From Clostridia bacterium (GTDB lineage: Bacteria > Bacillota > Clostridia > DUPQ01), in the NCBI GenBank assembly GCA_046484775.1, contig JAWOIG010000149.1:1-37771 (forward strand): 37,771 nucleotides of DNA, given 5' to 3'. Both the position numbers and the translations under genes were made by a program. Of this stretch, positions 8,644 through 16,187 are shown piece by piece. Each line of letters begins with the position of its first letter. The stretch's first letter is position 1. Below the pieces are notes generated by a model. The model was not told where the DNA came from and made no database searches. It saw only the letters and a list, made by a program, of their open reading frames with translations.

Positions 8644-8903
8644 AGGCAATCACCATGTTTACAATGGCGGTTTGCCCCTATTGTCGGCAGGCCCGGCACT
8701 GAATGAAGGAAGCCATTGATGGGAATCATCTTTATGGCAATCTAGAGATCAGGATTATTGATGAACTTTTACATCCGTTCCTTGCTTCAAAATATGACTA
8801 TTACTATATGCCCACTTTTTTTATCGAGGACGAGAAAGTACATGAGGGTATAGCAACCCGGGATGTTATAGAAAGGATATTCAAGCAGGCACTTGATTCC
8901 TAG
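8640..8903 (+). pseudogene. Glutaredoxin/thioredoxin-fold protein (CPYC) interrupted by in-frame TGA at codon 21 (8700-8702)
   Basis: ATGA overlap with the upstream stop; MKAITMFTMAVCPYCRQARH*MKEAIDG...YDYYYMPTFFIEDEKVHEG. The ORF track shows only the part after the TGA (8703-8903). Confidence 0.85.
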
Positions 8904-10456
8904 TCAACATCCGCTTCCAGCCAACCTTTTATCAGTTTGATTTCCTGCAACGCGCAATAAGAGTAGAATCTTCTGAGAAACCTGTACTGCCTTATGGGAA
9001 ATGGAGGCAGGAGGCAGTCCTTATAACCCGAGAACAAAAGTCTGGCGGGAGTGATGATTGCGTACACCGGATTCCTCAGGTTTCTGAATGCCTTTACAAT
9101 ATATGGAGCCTTCAGGTCTGCCGCCTTGTTATCCTTCCCTGTTCTTTCCGTGACATAGTTGATGAAAAACTCCTTTTTCCTGTCCCTTATGACAGGCGCC
9201 ATGGATTCGAAACTGTCCATGACCTCATAATCCATAAGGGGCGCCCTCCATTCGAACCCATACATCTCGTAAAGCCTGTGGGAATTTATTATATGCTTGC
9301 CCCTTACATTGTCATAACCGGCGTTTTCATATATGCGCTCCGCCTGCCTGCCGGTAAATTTCTCCCCCTCCGGGAAATATTCCGCGAACCTGTGGTAATA
9401 ATAATCCTTTCTGCGGCCCTTCAGGGAATAAAGCTTCATGTAGTATTTCCACATAATTTCATATATCTGATCCCTGGTGTACTCCTTGTCTTCATCGAAC
9501 TTGCCGTTTGCAATTACACCGATATGCCCCGTTACGAAAACAGAATCCCCGGGTATCGCCTTGTCAGCCTTGAGTTTGCGTATTATATAATGTTCCTGCA
9601 TATGGGCGATAGAAGTCAGGTTGCCCGCATACCTGATGTAATCAAGGCTTTCCTTGTCCCCATAGGTTCCGCGCCATTTTTTTCTGTCATATTCAATCAG
9701 TATATGCCTGCAGCCAAAATACTCTGCAACCTTTATTGCCGGCTTCAACTCGGGACTGTTCCTCCACCCATATGTAAAACAAATGACATTCTCATAATTC
9801 AGCATTTTCAGCATCATAAGACACGCCCTTGAGTCAACCCCCCCGCTAAGGGCAAGCACCGCCGTCCTTCCTTCAAGCGATACGACCAAGCGCTTTGCGG
9901 CCTTCATAATTACATCATCCAGTTCCTTGGCGGCTGAACCCTTGTCGTATATTGCGTAGTCTTTTGTAAAAAGCGTCTTATATCTTATGTATTCCGCTTT
10001 ACAACCGGTTTTGTCATAAACCAGGCAATGCATTGCGCTTATTTGAAAAATATTATCAACAAGCGTCTCATTGAAAAAAACGCATCCCGAATGCAGATAG
10101 TCAATCAATCCGTTTTTATTTATTTCGATGAATTTGGTTTTCACCGCGATGCTTTCGGCATCATCGCTCAAATAAAAAACTTCATCCTTCATCGTATGGA
10201 AAATCGGAAAGCTTCTTAGCGTATCAGCGGCTGCATACACCCAATCGTCACAAATCATAACAATGGCAAAGCATCCGTTGATCCTGCTTGCCAGTCCTAT
10301 GAAATCCTCCTTGCTCCTTACATTGTCAAATATGCCGGGAACCGATTCGGTCGGCATATATTTGCCGTCAATATAAAAATAGCCTTTTACGCTGATTCCA
10401 TTCCTTGAATGCCACTTGAATCCCAGGTTCCTTATCAAGCTGATGTCTGTCTTCAT
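8900..10456 (-). CDS. Asparagine synthase-related ATP pyrophosphatase/amide ligase (AsnH-like)
   Basis: INGCFAIV...DTLRSFPIF Ntn-like domain, PP-loop LALSGGVDSR, VFVTGH and WRAPLMD. ATG 10456 with AGGGAG SD; no N-terminal catalytic Cys. Confidence 0.8.
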   Translation of the reverse strand: MKTDISLIRNLGFKWHSRNGISVKGYFYIDGKYMPTESVPGIFDNVRSKEDFIGLASRINGCFAIVMICDDWVYAAADTLRSFPIFHTMKDEVFYLSDDAESIAVKTKFIEINKNGLIDYLHSGCVFFNETLVDNIFQISAMHCLVYDKTGCKAEYIRYKTLFTKDYAIYDKGSAAKELDDVIMKAAKRLVVSLEGRTAVLALSGGVDSRACLMMLKMLNYENVICFTYGWRNSPELKPAIKVAEYFGCRHILIEYDRKKWRGTYGDKESLDYIRYAGNLTSIAHMQEHYIIRKLKADKAIPGDSVFVTGHIGVIANGKFDEDKEYTRDQIYEIMWKYYMKLYSLKGRRKDYYYHRFAEYFPEGEKFTGRQAERIYENAGYDNVRGKHIINSHRLYEMYGFEWRAPLMDYEVMDSFESMAPVIRDRKKEFFINYVTERTGKDNKAADLKAPYIVKAFRNLRNPVYAIITPARLLFSGYKDCLLPPFPIRQYRFLRRFYSYCALQEIKLIKGWLEADVD

Positions 10457-10490
10457 ATCCCGCTCCCTTATGATAATTTTCCACAAACTT

Positions 10491-11666
10491 TCAATAGTAT
10501 ATATCGCACAGCCTATCGGCTGTTTCTTCAAGCAGTTCCGGATTTTCCCGGGCGAGATATTCAAGCACCGTGAACTTCGATGACATCGTGTTTCCGTACA
10601 TTATGCTTCTCTTGAACAAATCCCTGTCTATTCCCGCTTCAACCGGGGAAGTCTTGCATCCTGCATCCTTCAATATTGACTCTATTTCATCAGCATCAAT
10701 GTAATCGACCTCGACAGGCAGTCTATCCCTTACCATATCGAACAGTCTGCAGATTATTACCGTTCCGATTCCTACCGAATTGCCATGCAGCTCATGCTCC
10801 ACTCCCCTGCGTATGCAGTCGACATCCCAGTAGTGGACCATATGGTGTTCTGCCCCGGACGCAGGCCGCGTGCCTTTATAAAGGCCCATGGCCATTCCGG
10901 CTAAAACCAGTGCCTCCATTGTGTTCACCACTGCCTTCTCATCTCTTTTTTTCAGTCCGGCCGAGCTTTGCCTGCACTTTGCCACAGCGTTCTCCACCAG
11001 TCCCGCGATTTCCGCGCAATAATGCTCTCCGTTCATATCCCTCCCGAAACGCCATTCACGCAGGGCATTGTATTTTCCGATGACATCCCCGAAACCGGCC
11101 GTAAGCATTTCATATGGAGCATTTTTCAAAACATCCGTTTGTCCGAATATTGCCCGGGGATATTGCCCCTGTATACTTTGCTTGACATTGTTTATTATCA
11201 ATGAAGATGTGACCGATGCATATCCGTCCATGGAGGGTGCTGTGGCAATTACCGTATAGTCGACGCCCATCTTGTAGCTTATCTGTCTTGTTATGTCGTT
11301 GATTACACCCGAACCCACTGCCATGAAGTGGTCTGTGTTCCTTTCCATCCTTGCGAGAACACTTCCTATAATGGCGTCGTCGGGAGCTATGGCAAGTCCG
11401 TTTCTCCCCTGCACGACATGAAGCGCAAGCTTTTGTCCGGCCCCGGACAGTCCTTCCTCTATTTGTTTTCCCGCAACTTTGTATGTGTTTTCATCACAAA
11501 TCAAGGTTTTTTTACCGGGATATTTAGCCGAAATATAATTAATTGCGTTTTCATTGGCGCTTTCCGATATGTCGATCAGATCGATGTCAACCGAATGTGT
11601 CCGTTTGCATGAACATTCGTACTTTGTCCCGGCCAATTCTCCTATTGTCATTTCTGATAAATGCAT
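10491..11666 (-). CDS. sn-glycerol-1-phosphate dehydrogenase (AraM/EgsA family)
   Basis: CSCKRTH N-terminus, AVGSGVINDI, TAPSMDGYAS, AGFGDVIGK, RPASGAEHHMVH and LHGNSVGIGT. Confidence 0.9.
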   Translation of the reverse strand: MHLSEMTIGELAGTKYECSCKRTHSVDIDLIDISESANENAINYISAKYPGKKTLICDENTYKVAGKQIEEGLSGAGQKLALHVVQGRNGLAIAPDDAIIGSVLARMERNTDHFMAVGSGVINDITRQISYKMGVDYTVIATAPSMDGYASVTSSLIINNVKQSIQGQYPRAIFGQTDVLKNAPYEMLTAGFGDVIGKYNALREWRFGRDMNGEHYCAEIAGLVENAVAKCRQSSAGLKKRDEKAVVNTMEALVLAGMAMGLYKGTRPASGAEHHMVHYWDVDCIRRGVEHELHGNSVGIGTVIICRLFDMVRDRLPVEVDYIDADEIESILKDAGCKTSPVEAGIDRDLFKRSIMYGNTMSSKFTVLEYLARENPELLEETADRLCDIYY

Positions 11667-11755
11667 TGATATACCCCCTGTTCCAATATATTACTACACT
11701 GGAAAATTTTTTCAAGATGGCTTGCTCTCCGGCATTATCCGGAAAATCACCTAAT

Positions 11756-11781
11756 AAAAAAGCCCCCGCTTATGCAGGGGC
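11756..11781 (-). terminator. Intrinsic terminator after the SLH protein gene
   Basis: Minus strand GCCCCTGC-ATAA-GCGGGGGC-TTTTTT, 16 nt after the stop. Confidence 0.8.
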
Positions 11782-11797
11782 ATCCTTATCCTTTTGA

Positions 11798-13816
11798 TCA
11801 GGCAATGCCCATGGCCTGCAGCAGCCTGAAAATCATGGCCGCAGCATGTGCCCGCGTTGCATTCCCGTCGGGAGCAAATTCCGCAGATGTCATCCCTTTT
11901 ATTATCCCCAGTTCATATGCGGCTTTTATATACTCCCGGTCACTGAAGCTCAGCTGGAATATGTCGAGGAATCCTTCATCGGATTCCGCCGCCAGGGTCG
12001 AAATGTCTTCTCCGGAATAGTAGGCATATGCCCTTATGACAGCCCTTGCCATGTCCAGTCTTTTCATCGGTTTGTCCGGATTGAAATACGTTCCTTCGAT
12101 GATACCGGCGTTTTCCATTGCGCATACATAAGGATAATACCAAGAATTCATGTCCACATCGGCAAATCCGCTAAGCGTTGAATTTGTTTCCAGCCCGATT
12201 GCCTCACAGACAAGCTTTGTGAACTGTGCGTTCGTTACAAGTCCTTCGGGGAGAAATGTCCCGTCCCCCATTCCATTTATTATATTAAGCGAGGACAGCG
12301 GGTAGATGTATTCAGCCCCCCAGTAACTTGATGAAATATCACTAAACGACATACCCGTGAGTACAATTTGATAAACTCCGGTTGGTCCGGCTTCATAGGA
12401 AAACATTCCATTGTCATAATAGGCCCAAATATTTACCAGCCCGGTTTCCAAATAATAACGCCTTCCCCTTATGTCTTCGTATGAATACAGGTTACTGGGT
12501 TCGGGGACTTCAATTCCGAACCGATTTATGTTGGTATCTATATATATACCTTCGACAATCGGAAAATACTTGACGTCAAGGCCTTCTATTTCCTTTCCGT
12601 TATCCAGTATGGCGTACAAATCCTTTGTTCTTCCCTGTACAAGGGCATCGTTTGGTATTGTTATCCTGCAATCCTCAAATATTATATCGAGTCCTTTTCC
12701 GGCATTCGCCAGCATATTGACGCTTTCGTTTTCAATCAGCAGGTAAAACTTTTCGAGCGGTCTGTCGGAAAAATCAATGACCTTCTTTTCACTGGCAAGA
12801 TATTTTGCGGCAATAAGCCCGTCCACCGCCAGGTCAAGCCCGTAATATGTCTCATAAACCGCATCATTAACAGCTTCGTCAAGGGCAATGTCGCTCAGTA
12901 CGATACTTTTAGAAATTACCAGCGGAATGGTGTATGTCATACCCAGGCCGGGCCATGTTATGCTCAGGTCATATATCCCTGCTGAAAGTGGGAGAGGAGT
13001 GAATGCATGAATTTTTTTTGAATTTACGATTGTAATGTCGCTGAGGTCAATGTACCTTCCCTTTCCTCTTATTACAAGAGATATGTCGTCTTCATCGGAT
13101 GGAAACTCTATGTTCATGGCATTTACGTAAAAATCAACCGGCGCAGAGCGTGAAATGACGGGTGGATCCATCCATATCTCATTATCCACGATATACAGGG
13201 TTTCCCTGTAGTAGTTGCCCTCGTATATGAAGCGGACTTGTGCTTCGGTTTTGCCAGCGAAATGTTCCCTGTCGGGATAAATTCTGAATACCCTGTCGCT
13301 AATCTTGGAATATGCAACGACGACCCCGTCAAACTGGAAGGCACCGTTGATGTCCTCGGGAGGATTGTAGAATTTTACCGTCAGTCCGTTGTTAGTCAAT
13401 TCATCCGCAGTTATCGGATTTATGTCAAAGTCGATGTGCCCGATCCTTACTTCTATGCAATTGCTTTTGAATATGCTTATCGGTGCGCCCATTTCCACTG
13501 GTATCTCGAGCCGAAGTCCGTAATTCATTGCCGGGACATGGTACATCTTCAAGTCGAACTCTATCGTGACATCGTCTATGATCTCCAGGTTATAGACATC
13601 CTCGACCGTCGTATACATAATGTCCACTTCGACCCCGGTTTTAGTAAACTCAGTATTTTCGCAAACGACCCTGACGTGGCCGCCGGAAATATGAACCATA
13701 TTGTCAATCTGCGGGGCTGTAACGGATACTATGGCCGGAGAAGCTTCTGCCCGGGCCGTTGGAAGCAATGTGAAAACCAGGACAACCGACAAAAAAATGC
13801 CAATAAACTTTTTCAT
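11798..13816 (-). CDS. Secreted S-layer homology (SLH) domain protein
   Basis: Signal peptide MKKFIGIFLSVVLVFTLLPTARA and three C-terminal SLH repeats (FSDI..YW..GIING..TF.P..VT; FADV..SWY; FLDI..GIIKG..FAPDGNATRAHAA). ATG 13816 with AAAGGGTGG SD. Confidence 0.9.
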   Translation of the reverse strand: MKKFIGIFLSVVLVFTLLPTARAEASPAIVSVTAPQIDNMVHISGGHVRVVCENTEFTKTGVEVDIMYTTVEDVYNLEIIDDVTIEFDLKMYHVPAMNYGLRLEIPVEMGAPISIFKSNCIEVRIGHIDFDINPITADELTNNGLTVKFYNPPEDINGAFQFDGVVVAYSKISDRVFRIYPDREHFAGKTEAQVRFIYEGNYYRETLYIVDNEIWMDPPVISRSAPVDFYVNAMNIEFPSDEDDISLVIRGKGRYIDLSDITIVNSKKIHAFTPLPLSAGIYDLSITWPGLGMTYTIPLVISKSIVLSDIALDEAVNDAVYETYYGLDLAVDGLIAAKYLASEKKVIDFSDRPLEKFYLLIENESVNMLANAGKGLDIIFEDCRITIPNDALVQGRTKDLYAILDNGKEIEGLDVKYFPIVEGIYIDTNINRFGIEVPEPSNLYSYEDIRGRRYYLETGLVNIWAYYDNGMFSYEAGPTGVYQIVLTGMSFSDISSSYWGAEYIYPLSSLNIINGMGDGTFLPEGLVTNAQFTKLVCEAIGLETNSTLSGFADVDMNSWYYPYVCAMENAGIIEGTYFNPDKPMKRLDMARAVIRAYAYYSGEDISTLAAESDEGFLDIFQLSFSDREYIKAAYELGIIKGMTSAEFAPDGNATRAHAAAMIFRLLQAMGIA

Positions 13817-13904
13817 GATAAATTCCACCCTTTCGGTATTGTGCATTCATTTTACCACTATATATGACTAATATCCACAGCCCGGCTATCTGCAGACCGG
13901 CTGG

Positions 13905-14519
13905 TTAACCGAGGAACGACTTCAACCTGTCCGTTATCATCGACAGGACCACCTGGTTGTAACCGCCCTCGGGGATAATCACATCTGCATGTTTTCTGCT
14001 TGGTTCAACAAAACGGTCGTGCATGGGCTTGACCGTGCCTATATATTGTTCGAGGACCGATTTTAGGCTTCTTCCTCTTTCGTTTACATCCCGTTCTATC
14101 CTTCTTGCAAGCCTTATGTCTGAATCAGTGTCTACATAAACCTTTATATCCATGACGTCCCGCAGCTCGGGATTTTCAAAGAGAAGCACGCCTTCGATTA
14201 TAATGACCTTCGCCGGCCTGACCTCTATGGTTTCATCAAGCCTTGTATGCGTAACAAAAGAATATACGGGGCGTTCAATGCTTTCCCCATCCTTCAATCT
14301 TTTCAAATGCCTTATCAAAAGGTCTGTCTCAAGGGAATCGGGATGGTCGTAGTTAAGCCTGCACCTGTCTTCATACGGCATATCATCGTTTTTATTATAA
14401 TAAAAATCATGACATAATAAAACGGCGTTTTCCCCAAGCGTATTCTTTATGCCTTTTGCAAGTGTAGTCTTTCCCGATCCGGTTCCCCCGGCTATTCCAA
14501 GGACTATTCTTTGTTCCAT
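13905..14519 (-). CDS. udk: Uridine kinase
   Basis: GIAGGTGSGKTT, NYDHPDSLE, VIIIEGVL, RRIERDVNERGRS, VKPMHDRFVEPS and ADVIIPEGG. Confidence 0.97.
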   Translation of the reverse strand: MEQRIVLGIAGGTGSGKTTLAKGIKNTLGENAVLLCHDFYYNKNDDMPYEDRCRLNYDHPDSLETDLLIRHLKRLKDGESIERPVYSFVTHTRLDETIEVRPAKVIIIEGVLLFENPELRDVMDIKVYVDTDSDIRLARRIERDVNERGRSLKSVLEQYIGTVKPMHDRFVEPSRKHADVIIPEGGYNQVVLSMITDRLKSFLG

Positions 14520-14525
14520 GCAAAT

Positions 14526-14536
14526 ATTTTATCACA
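14526..14536 (-). promoter_or_regulatory. Extended -10 promoter (TGTGaTAAAAT) of udk, probably leaderless
   Basis: TAAAAT ends 6 nt before the udk ATG; no SD sequence. Confidence 0.55.
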
Positions 14537-14595
14537 GTTTTTTCCATTATGTATTGTCAACTTGCACATCGTGGATTGTTTAACATTCCCCGCCC

Positions 14596-14624
14596 TTTAC
14601 ATTATCACGCCATTAAATTATCAT
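14596..14624 (+). promoter_or_regulatory. SigA-type promoter of ppx-ppk1
   Basis: TTTACA (14596-14601), 17-nt spacer, TATCAT (14619-14624), 36 nt before ATG 14661. Confidence 0.5.
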
Positions 14625-14660
14625 AATAATATAGCAAAAGTCCAAAAAAGGATTTGCCCG

Positions 14661-16187
14661 ATGTCATATAAGATAGCAGCCGCAATAGATATAGGCAGCA
14701 ACGCCGTGAGAATGGAAATCGCCGAACAAAACAAACCGGGCGTCAAATGCCTGGAGTTTCTGCAGGCTCCTTTATATCTGGGACATGATACATTTACGAT
14801 GGGGAAAATATCATTCGAGAAAACCGAACGTCTTTGTTCGATTATCAATTCCTTCATAAAAACCGCATCGCAATACGGGGTTGAAAATATTGAGACGGTC
14901 GCAACCACTGCATTCAGGGAAGCCGAGAACAAGGAATATATAATTGACCTGGTGAGGCTGAGGACAGGAATTACCATAAGCGTGTTGGACGACCCCGAGG
15001 AAAAGACCATAATCTACCGCGAGATGCTTCGCCGCGACGAAGGTTCGTGGAAAAACGCCGTCATTTCATATGTTGGGACCGGAAGCCTGGGAATAGCCAT
15101 AATGGAAAAAGGCCTTATCAAATTCACACAGAACATAAGGATCGGATCCCTGAAGCTGAGTGAAATCCTGGAGCCGGTCGAAGGATACACCAAAAAGTTC
15201 CATATAATAATAGAGCAGTATATCAGCACATACATAGATGTGCTGAAAAATCTTCTTTCGCTCGACCGTAAAACCGAATTCATTGCATCCGGAAAGGAAA
15301 TCGACCTTATCGCCGAGCTCATGGAGATTGAAATCACCGATAATTTCTTCAGCATATCACGCAAGGCGTTCACAGCCTTTTATGATTCCATCAAAACCCT
15401 CACCCCGGGACAGATAAACGAAAAATATGGCCTTCCTCCCGAAAGAGCTGAAATCCTGCTTCCTTCCGCCGCTGTTTTCAAGATATTGATGGACTTCTCC
15501 AAGTCGGATACTCTTACCGGATGCAATATTAACATGTGCGATGCACTGGTCTATAAACAGCTGTATCCGAACAAGTTCGACCAGGTCAATGCCAAGTTTG
15601 ACAAGAGCATACTCAACTCGGCTATTTTCGCAGCCATGAGGTTTCGTTACGACAGAAAGCACATAGCCGCTGTTTTTGATTATTCCATAATAATATTTGA
15701 TTCAATCCGGGAAATACACGGTTTAAGCGACCGGGAAAAACTTTTGCTGCAGCTTGCCTGCATACTCCATGACTGCGGGAAGTTCATTAACCTGAAGGAT
15801 CACTTTAACCATTCCCATGACCTTATAAAAAAACTGGAGCTTCCGGGGCTCAATACCCGGGACCGCGACATTGTCGCGAATGTGTCGAAATACCACAGTG
15901 AAATGATTCCGCTTCCGGAACACGCAAACTTTTCAGCGCTTTCGCCCGAAGATCGTGTGCTGGTTGCCAAGCTTTCAGCAATAATCCGGCTGGCAGACGC
16001 CCTCGATAAAAGTCATCTTCAGAAGTTCAGTGAAATGGAGGCTGTTTTTTCCGATAATATGCTGATGGTCAGGGCAACCGCCGGCGGAGAGGCTATTCTT
16101 GAGGAGTGGGCTTTTAAGCAAAAGGCCGATTTCTTTGATGATGTCTTCGGTATCCAGGCCCGACTTCTGGTCGAAAGGAAGCTTTAA
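14661..16187 (+). CDS. ppx: Ppx/GppA family protein with C-terminal HD domain (degenerate second phosphate/metal motif)
   Basis: AAIDIGSNAVRM, VATTAFREAEN, IRIGSLKL, LHDCGK and RLADALD. ATG 14661 with AAAGGA SD; TAATG overlap with ppk1. Confidence 0.85.
   Translation: MSYKIAAAIDIGSNAVRMEIAEQNKPGVKCLEFLQAPLYLGHDTFTMGKISFEKTERLCSIINSFIKTASQYGVENIETVATTAFREAENKEYIIDLVRLRTGITISVLDDPEEKTIIYREMLRRDEGSWKNAVISYVGTGSLGIAIMEKGLIKFTQNIRIGSLKLSEILEPVEGYTKKFHIIIEQYISTYIDVLKNLLSLDRKTEFIASGKEIDLIAELMEIEITDNFFSISRKAFTAFYDSIKTLTPGQINEKYGLPPERAEILLPSAAVFKILMDFSKSDTLTGCNINMCDALVYKQLYPNKFDQVNAKFDKSILNSAIFAAMRFRYDRKHIAAVFDYSIIIFDSIREIHGLSDREKLLLQLACILHDCGKFINLKDHFNHSHDLIKKLELPGLNTRDRDIVANVSKYHSEMIPLPEHANFSALSPEDRVLVAKLSAIIRLADALDKSHLQKFSEMEAVFSDNMLMVRATAGGEAILEEWAFKQKADFFDDVFGIQARLLVERKL

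Noticed and set aside
8900-10456. Lasso peptide cyclase
   Set aside because: No precursor peptide, B1/B2 proteins or ABC exporter nearby.
14560-14601. PhoP-box-like TT(A/T)ACA hexamers before ppx-ppk1
   Set aside because: Spacing is 16-17 nt rather than about 11, and one copy is better explained as the -35 element.
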